From positions 16,503 to 80,502 of IMG/VR virus record IMGVR_UViG_3300037483_000378: a stretch of DNA of 64,000 bases. One strand, given 5' to 3'. This DNA comes from a virus. Its lineage: Duplodnaviria; Caudoviricetes. The translations under genes and the position numbers were made by a program. The notes under the pieces were generated by a model. That model ran no database searches, was not told the DNA's origin, and saw only the letters and a program-made list of their open reading frames with translations. Within the stretch, counting starts at the first letter, position 1. Each line of letters begins with the position of its first letter. Shown here piece after piece: positions 53,292-62,054 of the stretch.

Positions 53292-53685
53292 TCTCGGCCT
53301 CCTTCGTGGGGTGGCGGGCGAGGATGATCTGCACCAATTCGTCCTCGGTCGCGGTCGCCACCGTTTCCGCGTCTGCCCCGGTGGCTCGCATGATGGCGCG
53401 CTTCGGCATGGCGATGCAGTTGTGGATTGCCTCCGGGTAGAACATTGGTGGGCACCCGTCCATCGGGATGTGCTTCACCAGCACCTCGCGGATCATGCCC
53501 AAGCACTCGTCGGCCATCCACAATTCAGACGTCGTCTCCCCCACGTCCTCGGGCTGCGTGGCGAGGAGGGCGCGTTCGGCGGCCTGCATATCCTCTTCGG
53601 TCCAGTCGTCGCCGTGGTGCTTGAACCCTTCCATGCGGGCGCGCAACTCCCGCAGCGCCTCCGCGATCTTCTTTCTCTCGCTCAT
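53281..53685 (-). CDS. hypothetical protein
   Basis: 134 aa; GGAGG RBS. Confidence 0.6.
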   Translation of the reverse strand: MSERKKIAEALRELRARMEGFKHHGDDWTEEDMQAAERALLATQPEDVGETTSELWMADECLGMIREVLVKHIPMDGCPPMFYPEAIHNCIAMPKRAIMRATGADAETVATATEDELVQIILARHPTKEAENGL

Positions 53686-53879
53686 GGTAGAAGTCCTCCA
53701 TGTTGCGCGTAGTACGCTTGGAGGGCTCGCTTCTGATCCATGGCGCGCCCCAACTCGTCGAGTACGTGTTCAGTCAACTCCTCCAACGTCGCGAAGTCTG
53801 ACAACGCACAGTCGTCTTCGTAGATGTAGAAGAGGCCGTCTTCTTCGCGGATCTCAAATGTGTTTGGTTCGCCGCTCAT
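53682..53879 (-). CDS. hypothetical protein
   Basis: 65 aa, coupled. Confidence 0.55.
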   Translation of the reverse strand: MSGEPNTFEIREEDGLFYIYEDDCALSDFATLEELTEHVLDELGRAMDQKRALQAYYAQHGGLLP

Positions 53880-54187
53880 TTCCCCTCCGCTGCATCCAGA
53901 AGTGTGGTCAGGGCGTCGGCCAAATCTCCGAAGCCGTCGGTTGCTCTCAGGTCATCCACCACCTCCCGCGTGATCCCGAGCACCGATACGACGGCGGCGC
54001 ACAACGTCCTGCTGCGAACGTCGCCGTATGTCTTCCTCCGCAGCCGCTCCCTCAACTCAGCGCCGGTCATCGGTCCCGCTCCTTGATGGCCCACGCCATA
54101 CAGGTAAACATCGCCACGAGTACAACGGCTTCGGGCCAGCTCATCGGGTTCCTCCCAGGAGGGCGTAGGCCGCCGTGATATCATCAA
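53876..54187 (-). CDS. hypothetical protein
   Basis: 103 aa; start uncertain. Confidence 0.45.
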   Translation of the reverse strand: MMISRRPTPSWEEPDELARSRCTRGDVYLYGVGHQGAGPMTGAELRERLRRKTYGDVRSRTLCAAVVSVLGITREVVDDLRATDGFGDLADALTTLLDAAEGK

Positions 54188-54404
54188 GCGGCACCGCGTA
54201 GGCGTCGGTCATGCCTCGCATCTGCGGGTCGGGAATCAGTACCGCGTTGAGGACGATGCATGAAAGCACCCGCTCCATCTCCTGCATCTTCCCCACGTCC
54301 TCGGCGGCGCAGCGGAGGGCGGCGGCCTCTCGTTCGTAGCCGTATGCCTGCATTCTGGCGGCCATGCTCATGTAGGTCCCAGGCGTCGGGCGCTCGGTGG
54401 TCAT
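54141..54404 (-). CDS. hypothetical protein
   Basis: MTTERPTPG..., coupled to upstream stop. Confidence 0.5.
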   Translation of the reverse strand: MTTERPTPGTYMSMAARMQAYGYEREAAALRCAAEDVGKMQEMERVLSCIVLNAVLIPDPQMRGMTDAYAVPLDDITAAYALLGGTR

Positions 54405-54568
54405 GGACGGGGCTCCCAGTTGGTGTGCATCCACAACGCGATTAGTCCCGCAAGCCCGGTAAGCACCAAGCCCACTCGCCAATGGTAGTCATCGAACACG
54501 GTCAGCGTCGCGCAGAAGACGAATACGCCCACCATCAATGCTGACACGTATATCTGCCTCTCCCTCAC
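54401..54568 (-). CDS. small two-TM protein
   Basis: GTG start after GGAGG; two hydrophobic helices. Confidence 0.55.
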   Translation of the reverse strand: MRERQIYVSALMVGVFVFCATLTVFDDYHWRVGLVLTGLAGLIALWMHTNWEPRP

Positions 54569-54849
54569 TTTCCCTCCTCCGGCCCGTGGGCCGCGTCCTC
54601 GGTTGCTCTTGCGCGCTTGAACCATCCACGAAAGCGATACTGCGGGCTGCTGTGCAGGTCGCAGTGATACAGGTGTACGCCATCCTCGGGCGGGCCACCG
54701 AAGATCCGGTTGACCACCACCCAACGCAGGCGGCCCCTCTCGTCGTAGCTCACGTCCAGAACGCGCCGGGGAGATCCCCCGAGGTCCACGATGTCGCCCG
54801 CCACGATATCGTCATAGGCGCGGTAGTCCTTGCGCGTCATGGAGCCCAC
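54565..54849 (-). CDS. hypothetical protein (SH3-like)
   Basis: DIVAGDIVDL...RRVLDV. Confidence 0.5.
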   Translation of the reverse strand: MGSMTRKDYRAYDDIVAGDIVDLGGSPRRVLDVSYDERGRLRWVVVNRIFGGPPEDGVHLYHCDLHSSPQYRFRGWFKRARATEDAAHGPEEGK

Positions 54850-54850
54850 C

Positions 54851-55111
54851 TCACTTCTCCTCTGTCTCGGGTGCGCGCACTAGCAGCAGGGCGAAGAGAT
54901 CAGGTTCGACGGGCGTTTCGTCCGGCCAGAACTCCGTGGGTGCCGTCATCATCTTGCCACTTCCGACGCAGCCCTCCACCACCTTGTAGCGGCGGAGGGC
55001 AACGAGGGCGGCGCGTAGCGTGCGGCGAGGATCGGAATCGACGATCCAGTCCTCGGCGAGTGTTTTCTCGGCGGCCTCCAGCGCCTCCACCGCCCGCTCG
55101 ATGTCGTTCAC
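54851..55111 (-). CDS. hypothetical protein
   Basis: GTG start with GGAGG RBS. Confidence 0.5.
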   Translation of the reverse strand: MNDIERAVEALEAAEKTLAEDWIVDSDPRRTLRAALVALRRYKVVEGCVGSGKMMTAPTEFWPDETPVEPDLFALLLVRAPETEEK

Positions 55112-55527
55112 GGCGCAACCTCCCCGTAGTCCGGGTGCTTGCCCTTCATGTGCCGGGCGAGGTCGGAGAACGTCCGGTTGCAGCACGGGCACACGCCGTT
55201 ACCGACGCGGCGCTTCACCTTCGTCACCTGGCCCTTGTAGGCCCGTGCGCTGCGTTCCGCGATCCCCTGTCTGGATGCGGCCATTCGAGCCCGATTCTCC
55301 GCACGCTCTACCCGTTGGCGCTCTGCCTCCAGTTGGCGCTTGAGTTGCGCGTTCTCGCTGTTGTTGGCGTAGCCCCAGTGGACGTGGCACCCGGGATACG
55401 GACACCTCCATGTGGTGCCCTCTTTCTGGGACTGCTCGCGGAACTTCTCCGCGATGGCGTACACACCCCCGCACTCGCCACAGGTGATCGTGGTCAGCGT
55501 TGTCTCGGTCGCGTAGGTCGTGCTCAC
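55108..55527 (-). CDS. Zn-ribbon + coiled coil + C2H2 protein
   Basis: CGECG...CPYPGC...CPCCNRTFSDLARHMKGKH. Confidence 0.75.
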   Translation of the reverse strand: MSTTYATETTLTTITCGECGGVYAIAEKFREQSQKEGTTWRCPYPGCHVHWGYANNSENAQLKRQLEAERQRVERAENRARMAASRQGIAERSARAYKGQVTKVKRRVGNGVCPCCNRTFSDLARHMKGKHPDYGEVAP

Positions 55528-55573
55528 TTCTCCCTCCCTTCGTTCAGGTCTCACCCACCGCCTGATCTTCTTC

Positions 55574-55768
55574 TCAGGCATGCTCCACCTCCCCGATGCT
55601 CACCGTGATCGGCACCAGATCGTTCAGAGCCGGCCGGCGGGCGAAGGCGGTCAGCGGGACCATGATCGTGACGTCGGAGTCATGGTCTACACCTGTGTGG
55701 CCCGCGAGGAAGGCGCATGCGTCGTGAACGAAAAATACGCGGGCCGTGAAGCTCAGTTCGGTGCTCAT
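55574..55768 (-). CDS. hypothetical protein
   Basis: 64 aa; GGAGG RBS. Confidence 0.5.
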   Translation of the reverse strand: MSTELSFTARVFFVHDACAFLAGHTGVDHDSDVTIMVPLTAFARRPALNDLVPITVSIGEVEHA

Positions 55769-55769
55769 C

Positions 55770-55949
55770 TCACCCTCCGGTGCGTGCGTTGAGGTTCTCA
55801 GGCGGAACGAAATCGTCCCACCGTGGGACCTTCCGCCCGACGTGGCCCATGTGCCCGACAGGCGGCGGGACGTGGCGCGTCGTGTGCTTCACCTCTTCGG
55901 CAGCGCGCTTGGCCATTCTTTCTTGGTGGAGCTTGCGCTCGTGGGCCAT
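55770..55949 (-). CDS. small hypothetical protein (59 aa)
   Basis: AGGAG RBS; MAHERKLHQE...; below ORF-track cutoff. Confidence 0.4.
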   Translation of the reverse strand: MAHERKLHQERMAKRAAEEVKHTTRHVPPPVGHMGHVGRKVPRWDDFVPPENLNARTGG

Positions 55950-56074
55950 GTCGTTCTCCTATTCGCCAGTAGCACCAGCCATCCGATGATCCCCATGCAG
56001 GCCAGCCACTCGGCGCCGACGTACAGCGCAGCGAAGCCAGCGGCCAGGAACGCCCACGCGAAAGCGCGTCTCAC
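55889..56074 (-). CDS. small membrane protein
   Basis: hydrophobic AFAWAFLAAGFAALYV..GIIGWLVLL; GTGA overlap. Confidence 0.4.
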   Translation of the reverse strand: MRRAFAWAFLAAGFAALYVGAEWLACMGIIGWLVLLANRRTTWPTSASSTKKEWPSALPKR

Positions 56075-56682
56075 GATTCCTCCAGAGCGGCCATGATGTC
56101 CACCGCGTACCGCTCGCAGCCGGGAGTTGTCCGGCATCCATTGAAGCGCAGCAGCGCCTGCCGTAGCGCATCGTCAAGCGCCCGGCCGATGTACTCCCGC
56201 AGGATGTCCGCACCGAAACACACTGACGTTGGCCCGTCGGTCAGATCCGTCCCGCACGGGTGAGCGCCGTCTGCGGCATGGAACGGCATGACCTGCATCC
56301 ACCCGACCGCGCCAGCGTAGCTAACGGTATCACGCACCAGCCACGGATTTTCGACCTTCATCACCTCTGCGATGAGGCGCGGGCTGAGATGCCGCCGCTC
56401 GCTCTCAAGCACGATCGCCCACGCAGCCTGCCGTGCCATTCCCGGATCCCGCACCCGGCCCGTGCTCAGTAGCCCGGCCTCGATCGGGTACACGTCCGTC
56501 CAGTAGCGGCGCTCTACCTCGGTGGCGCTCTCCAGGAGCACGCTGGCCTTCCGCTCCATCGTGGGCAGCCTCGCTGAAGCCATGGCCACCGACTCACGGA
56601 CAAGCGCTGGCGCGGCATCCACGCACAGCGCCGCCGCAACCAGCACGCCAGCAGCGAGCCTGGACAGCACGAAGCCCCTCAC
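56071..56682 (-). CDS. SLT-family lytic transglycosylase with N-terminal anchor
   Basis: LIAEVMKVENP (catalytic Glu), GAVGWMQVM, ALLRFNG. Confidence 0.88.
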   Translation of the reverse strand: MRGFVLSRLAAGVLVAAALCVDAAPALVRESVAMASARLPTMERKASVLLESATEVERRYWTDVYPIEAGLLSTGRVRDPGMARQAAWAIVLESERRHLSPRLIAEVMKVENPWLVRDTVSYAGAVGWMQVMPFHAADGAHPCGTDLTDGPTSVCFGADILREYIGRALDDALRQALLRFNGCRTTPGCERYAVDIMAALEES

Positions 56683-57323
56683 GGCAGCAGATCTACCTGC
56701 GTTTCGTCCGCAACCATGTAGACGGGGGGCGGAGTCTCGCGTGGCGTGGCGCGGCATATGCACGCAACCAGCGCTGCCGCTTCCAGCGCTGCCGCCACCG
56801 GGTCGATCCGCGCGAGCATGGCTGTCAGCGCGCTGGGCTCTAGCGTGCCGTCCAACTGTGTTGAGATGCGGGCGTCGCGATAGAAGCGCTCCGTCTGCGT
56901 TTCTCGGGCGGCAGCCCACCGCTCGTCCTGCTTCGCCCCGCGCTCGCCCAGTCGCACCTCCCGCACTTCCTTTGGCACGCTCAGATTCACGACATGGTAC
57001 CCGTACCCCATTCCTTCGAGTGCAGCGATCCAGCTGCGCGCCTCCAGCCTGGCACCCTCGATCAACAATAGCCCGGGGCGCACCGCCCTGACGTACGGCC
57101 ACGCATACTCGATGGCGTTCATCGTCAGCCGGTCGCTGCCACGCCGGGGCTTCTCCTCAGTTGGGAGCCGCCCCAGCTCGACAACGGTGCTCGGATAGTA
57201 GCGGAGGAGGCACAGTGGCGTGTCCTGCCACCGCACCTCCGCCACGTCCAGCCCGAGAGTCAACTCCTCCACGAGCCGACTCTTCCCGGAGCCAGGGGGG
57301 CCGACGATGTGCAGAACGTTCAT
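56679..57323 (-). CDS. P-loop nucleotide kinase-like protein
   Basis: IVGPPGSGKS, GSDRL, LLIEGARL, R..RG lid. Confidence 0.8.
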   Translation of the reverse strand: MNVLHIVGPPGSGKSRLVEELTLGLDVAEVRWQDTPLCLLRYYPSTVVELGRLPTEEKPRRGSDRLTMNAIEYAWPYVRAVRPGLLLIEGARLEARSWIAALEGMGYGYHVVNLSVPKEVREVRLGERGAKQDERWAAARETQTERFYRDARISTQLDGTLEPSALTAMLARIDPVAAALEAAALVACICRATPRETPPPVYMVADETQVDLLP

Positions 57324-58189
57324 GTTAGCTCCTTCATCAATGCCGGCAGCACTTCGGGCCAGCGCTTGAACCCAGAGTGCGACGCCGGCCGCAGCTCGAT
57401 GGTCCCGTCCTGTGCCACCGTCGTCGTGGAAGGGTCCAGCGGCCCGGGCAGCGGACGCCACCCGTGGTGGAACGAGCCCACCAGCTCGCCCTGCAGCCCA
57501 GTCAGCTGGGTGAACCGCTGCTGCCACTTTGCGAACTTCGGCTCGATCTCCAGTTCCTTCCGCCCGCCCTTATGCTGCAGGATCATGGAGCTGCCTGCCA
57601 GCCAGCGGTCGGTGCCCGGCTCGGGCGCCGCGTAACCGAAGATGAACCGGCCCTCACGGAAGTAGATGCACGCTGGCTTACCCGTCGCTGCCACCAGGTC
57701 GGCGGCGCCGATGATGTTGACCTCAGCGGTCCAGCCCCACAGGTACCCGAACAGCCGGCTGCCGAACCCGTGCGTCACGATGCTGCGCGAACCAGCCGGC
57801 GCCTCGTCCCGCTTCAGGTCGGCGAACTTGGCGCGTGCGTGCTGGATGAGCAGCCGCGCGTTCACCACCACTGCGTCGTGGCTGCCGTTCTTCATCAGCC
57901 CGATGCGCAGCAGCTCCTTCGCCTTGCTGCCGTGCGGCGGGTTCTTGGTGTTGTACCACCAGGACGCCTGTACGCTCAGCCCGGCAGCGCCACCGTACGC
58001 CGCGTGCCACTTCTCCCACCACTCCCGGCTGACATCGTCGCCCTTCTCTGGGTAGATGACCCCGGCCGAAGCTGGCCATGCGCACCACGGCGTGGACGTG
58101 TCGTGCCAGGTGAACGGCATGCCCGCGTCGGTCAGTGCTAACGCACAGAGCGAACCGCGCACCCCCATGCCTTCGAGATGATACCTCAT
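57320..58189 (-). CDS. FAD-dependent oxidoreductase (DAO/glycine-oxidase-like)
   Basis: HLEGMGVRGS..AL.L (GxGxxG), ASAGVI, GWRP. Confidence 0.7.
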   Translation of the reverse strand: MRYHLEGMGVRGSLCALALTDAGMPFTWHDTSTPWCAWPASAGVIYPEKGDDVSREWWEKWHAAYGGAAGLSVQASWWYNTKNPPHGSKAKELLRIGLMKNGSHDAVVVNARLLIQHARAKFADLKRDEAPAGSRSIVTHGFGSRLFGYLWGWTAEVNIIGAADLVAATGKPACIYFREGRFIFGYAAPEPGTDRWLAGSSMILQHKGGRKELEIEPKFAKWQQRFTQLTGLQGELVGSFHHGWRPLPGPLDPSTTTVAQDGTIELRPASHSGFKRWPEVLPALMKELT

Positions 58190-58626
58190 CGTAGAGTATC
58201 GCATAGGGCCTTCGTGGCCCGTTCGATCTGGGCGGCCGCAACAGCATGGGTACCGTTGAAATGCGGATCGGAGATCTCCCCAACACTGCCGTACTCACCC
58301 AGCAGCCGCACCTTATGGGCAGCACCAGGGAATGCGCTCTTTATCTTCCGGACGTGGTGCTGCTGAACGCCCAGAATGAGGTCCGCTTCCGACACGATCC
58401 GCTCCGTCAACGGCCGTGAGCGCGGGGCGCTTTCCTTCGGCACTGCGATGGCATCGCGCATGCGCTTCGACATGAGTTGGCCTGTGTTGTTCGGGCTCGT
58501 CGCGGCGGAAGTGAAGCGGCAAGACAACCCCATCTGTGCTGCGCACCGTTGGGCCAAAACCTCAGCGGCGGCAGAGCGGTTGATGTTGCCGGTGCACACG
58601 AATACTACGCTCTCGGTTCTGCTCAT
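58186..58626 (-). CDS. low-molecular-weight phosphatase (LMW-PTP/ArsC fold)
   Basis: VFVCTGNINRS CX5R loop; ISDP. Confidence 0.85.
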   Translation of the reverse strand: MSRTESVVFVCTGNINRSAAAEVLAQRCAAQMGLSCRFTSAATSPNNTGQLMSKRMRDAIAVPKESAPRSRPLTERIVSEADLILGVQQHHVRKIKSAFPGAAHKVRLLGEYGSVGEISDPHFNGTHAVAAAQIERATKALCDTLR

Positions 58627-59250
58627 AGCAGCTCCCATCCCTCGGGTTTCTGGACTGCGCCCGCACTGAGCAAGCGCCGAATGTTCTGCTCCGCCCTGGC
58701 ACGCCCGTACCTGGGGCTCGTATCCTGATACCGCAGTTCCAGCTCATGTCTGTACGGCATGCGTTGCGGGAGGACACCAGGCACATCTGGAACCGTCCCG
58801 TCTTCTAACGCAGCGCACAGGAACCGGCCACACCAGTCCACGGCGTTGCGCAATGCCATCACGTCCAGCGTGCCAAAGAAGCACCTGAACTCGACCGTGC
58901 CAGGGCCCTGCCACAACGCGCGTAGGTTGATCCCTGGCCGGGGAGCCAGGTGCCAGTGCTTGCCGCCTGGGGCATGCGCCCGCAAGAACTCGTTGGTGTC
59001 CTGGGCACCCAGGGCTTCGCGCACCCGCGCGGCCGGCAGCATCGCGTGGTGGCTGACGGTGCTCCTGCAAGTGATGCGGGGCCCACCATCCCCTCGTTTC
59101 CTCTCGCCACTGCCGCCTCACGCGCTCCACGGCTCCGGGGTCCGCGTCGAGCAGGGTCCGCACGAACGCCACGGCCTCCGCCCACGTAGCGCCGGTCGCT
59201 CTGGCTGCCGTGAGGTTCGCCTCAGCGGTATCCCTCGGGTCATGGATCAC
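58623..59250 (-). pseudogene. amidoligase-like gene, apparently split/truncated
   Basis: C-half 58623..59042 with GINLRAL..GTVEFRCFFGTLD; its frame closes upstream (TGA near 59118); upstream remnant is in another frame. Confidence 0.55.
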
Positions 59251-59317
59251 CCGTACGGCCCCGCGGTTATCCCTACGCCTCGCTCGGGCAGCCCGGGCCC
59301 TGTTGCCTCCCCTACCC

Positions 59318-59584
59318 TTACCCACGACGCGTCCTGGGGCGACGTGGCAGGTCACGTCCTAGGGCGGCAGCCACCACGTCCCCCACCGTGTGCCACGCAA
59401 GAACGTCCGTGTCGTGGAACTCCCGGTCGAACTCGTCTTCGAGCCCGTCTGCCAACTCGCGAACCTCTTCCTCGTTGAGCCCAAGGTCCACGAGCAGTGT
59501 GTCGTCACGCAGATCCTCGGCAAGCCATACCCGTTCAGCCACGATGAAGTCGAGCACCGCAGCCCTGTCCCAATCCAAGCTCAT
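59318..59584 (-). CDS. acyl carrier protein-like, lacking attachment Ser
   Basis: DDTLLVDLGLNEEEVRELADGLEDEFD.EF.D....W.TVGDVV. Confidence 0.75.
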   Translation of the reverse strand: MSLDWDRAAVLDFIVAERVWLAEDLRDDTLLVDLGLNEEEVRELADGLEDEFDREFHDTDVLAWHTVGDVVAAALGRDLPRRPRTRRG

Positions 59585-59605
59585 CCGGTCTCCTCTCCCT
59601 CGTCG

Positions 59606-59839
59606 TTAGAACAACGGCACTTGAACGTGACCAGCCCGAGCCGCCTTCCGCGCCGCGCGTAGGCAACCATGCTCCACCCAATCCCATGGCGGCACCAACT
59701 GCCAACCGGCCCGGCGCATGGAACGCTCCACGATCAGTGCCACGCCATGGTTCGCCCGGCTCGGTCGCACCTCCACCATCGCGCGGTTGCCGCACGCACC
59801 GCACGTCACTTCGACCGTGCCGCCGCGTTCCCTCGTCAC
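59606..59839 (-). CDS. Zn-ribbon hypothetical protein
   Basis: VTCGACG; GGAGG RBS. Confidence 0.55.
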   Translation of the reverse strand: MTRERGGTVEVTCGACGNRAMVEVRPSRANHGVALIVERSMRRAGWQLVPPWDWVEHGCLRAARKAARAGHVQVPLF

Positions 59840-59921
59840 GGCCCCTCCGACGGGACGAAGGGTGCCCGGCGCTCGCGCTATCCAGTCGCTGCGGTCTGGG
59901 GCACACGCCTCACTCTCGGGC

Positions 59922-60320
59922 TCACGGCCGGCACGCCTCCCACAGCGTCATCGCGCGCCCGTGGTTGCGCTCCGGGCCGTCGACCGTCTCGTGCTGTCCG
60001 CAGCGACCGCAGATACGGGGCTGAATCATGCCGGCATGAGCAGCCCTGCGCATGACGGCACCGATGGCGCGCGGCTCATGCGTCGCGGCGTCTTCGCCAA
60101 GCTCCGTCCACACGTCGTTCGTGGAGAACGGCCGACCCCGAGCTGCCACGCGCCGCACGGCGGCAAGCGCGAGGGTCATCCACTCCGACCCGGCACCGGC
60201 TTCGGCCCGGTCGATCGCCGCCTGCCGTACCTCACGCACCGGGTCCGTCCTTAGCGTCGCGTCCGCCTGCTCGCGCCCGATCTCGACGAACGTCCGGAAG
60301 AGATCCATCTCACCTTCCAT
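59922..60320 (-). CDS. winged-helix-like conserved phage protein
   Basis: FSTNDVW...EPRAIGAVMRRAA..G.I. Confidence 0.65.
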   Translation of the reverse strand: MEGEMDLFRTFVEIGREQADATLRTDPVREVRQAAIDRAEAGAGSEWMTLALAAVRRVAARGRPFSTNDVWTELGEDAATHEPRAIGAVMRRAAHAGMIQPRICGRCGQHETVDGPERNHGRAMTLWEACRP

Positions 60321-60358
60321 CGCGTCGTTCCTCCGTCCAGGGGTTCTAGTTTGGTTTC

Positions 60359-61021
60359 CTACCAGGCCAGGTCTTCGTCCTTCAGCTTCGTCTCGCACGC
60401 GACGATCATGCGCGCGTCGTTCACGTACGCATGCCCTATGTCTTCCAGCGTGACGCCGCCCGTCCGCAGCCACTCTTTGAACGCACGCTGCGTAGTATCC
60501 CCGCCAAGTCCCGCGTACAGGTCGTGTGCCGCACCGTCGCCCGGAATCATACCCTCGCGGTCCAGTCTATGCAGGTGATGCGCCGTGTGTCCGCCCTGCG
60601 CTCCACGCCGTAGGTCCTGACTCCCGTCCATACGGTGTCCCGGCCCGTCGTATCCCATCCTGCACAGCCAGCAGCGCATCACGCGCACGACCAGAAACAG
60701 CGCGCCGTACCGCTCGCCTTCTGGGTCTGCGTAGCGTTGCGAGAACGACGGCCCCGGCTTCATCGCGGCTCGCGGCTTCCTCGGCTTCAGCTCCTTTTTC
60801 GCGGCACCCACCTTCGGCACGAAGCGCGCCGCCTCTGCGTCGCCCCTGCTCGTGCGCAAATAATCGTTCGCGCGGCGCCGCACGTAGCCGCCATCGTCCA
60901 ACAGCCATAGGCACCGCAGCACGGCCCGGTATGTCAGCGAGCAGCGCGCCGATACGGAAGCCGCCGTCATGAGGCAGCCCCCAATCATGGCTGCCAGAAC
61001 CTCTCGCTGCTTTGCGGTCAC
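60359..61021 (-). CDS. wHTH + His-Me-finger (DUF968/Ref-like) nuclease
   Basis: TAKQREVL.. HTH; RCWLC...TAHH. Confidence 0.55.
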   Translation of the reverse strand: MTAKQREVLAAMIGGCLMTAASVSARCSLTYRAVLRCLWLLDDGGYVRRRANDYLRTSRGDAEAARFVPKVGAAKKELKPRKPRAAMKPGPSFSQRYADPEGERYGALFLVVRVMRCWLCRMGYDGPGHRMDGSQDLRRGAQGGHTAHHLHRLDREGMIPGDGAAHDLYAGLGGDTTQRAFKEWLRTGGVTLEDIGHAYVNDARMIVACETKLKDEDLAW

Positions 61022-61599
61022 TCCCCTGCCCTCGCTTCGGCGATCTCCGCAGCCGTCGCGCGCCGCACCGTTACCTCCACGCGCTCGGGCGAGCCGTACC
61101 GCTTGCCCAACCGATCATAGTCTACGATCTGCGAGTCATCGCGGTATACCACCTTGCTCAGCGCGTCCTCCACGGCACGCGCTAGCTTCAAGACGTCGGG
61201 CTTGATCGTGTGGAACGCTGGGGCCTTCGGGCGCAACCCACGCTTTCCCACGTGACCCTTCGGGCGCAGCAGGTAGAACCGCAGCCCCAGCATCACGGGC
61301 CCTTCCATCACGGGGCGCCCGGCCATCACCTCGCCGGCCACCTGCGCCACCTTGTCCTTCCATCCCGCCGACTTAGGGTTGTCATCGGACACGGCGACCC
61401 GCCCGGTGAACGTGCCACCCACCATCTTCCCGTCGATCCGCTTGCCGCCCTTTCGCACGGCGAACGCGCGCTTGCTGCCTGCCGTCCTCGGGCTGCCGTA
61501 CACGGTGAATGCCACCGCGTCCAGCTCGCCAGCAGGAACCGAAGGGGCGGCCGGTACCGCAACTCCGGCGCCCTCGTCGAACAGGTCGCCAGCGCTCAC
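61018..61599 (-). CDS. rusA: RusA Holliday junction resolvase
   Basis: KPDVLKLARAVEDALSKVVYRDDSQIV. Confidence 0.93.
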   Translation of the reverse strand: MSAGDLFDEGAGVAVPAAPSVPAGELDAVAFTVYGSPRTAGSKRAFAVRKGGKRIDGKMVGGTFTGRVAVSDDNPKSAGWKDKVAQVAGEVMAGRPVMEGPVMLGLRFYLLRPKGHVGKRGLRPKAPAFHTIKPDVLKLARAVEDALSKVVYRDDSQIVDYDRLGKRYGSPERVEVTVRRATAAEIAEARAGE

Positions 61600-62051
61600 G
61601 GCGCCAGCGCGAGCGTGGTCTGCGCCCGCGCCCCGTTGGCGTACGCCTCCGCGTGCTGGATCACCTCGCCCACCCGCCCCGCCAGCTCGTCCGTCATGAA
61701 ACCAGTTCCCTTCTCCTCGTGGTCCTGGCGCTCCTTGATCTCAGGCGTGTTGATCGTGGTCGCCCTGCCGCTCTTCAACTTCTTCGAGCCCGTGAACGTC
61801 ACGCCGCGCCCGCCGTCCGCGCCGTAGGAGACGGATAGCCCCTTCATCGTGAACGTGTCGCGGTACCCCTTGGGGAACTCCAGGATCTCGCACACGTCGT
61901 CCTTCAGCGCCGCCACCGCGTTCGCCAGCTCGGGCGTCACGCCCTCGCCGTTCTTGATGGCGCTCTCCACGACCTCGCCGTGCTCACCGACCGGCGTCTC
62001 CCACGCCAGCGTCACGCGGTCGGTCAGCAACTTCACGCTTCGGATCCTCAT
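61596..62051 (-). CDS. conserved hypothetical phage protein
   Basis: 151 aa; GAGG RBS. Confidence 0.65.
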   Translation of the reverse strand: MRIRSVKLLTDRVTLAWETPVGEHGEVVESAIKNGEGVTPELANAVAALKDDVCEILEFPKGYRDTFTMKGLSVSYGADGGRGVTFTGSKKLKSGRATTINTPEIKERQDHEEKGTGFMTDELAGRVGEVIQHAEAYANGARAQTTLALAP

Positions 62052-62054
62052 GCC

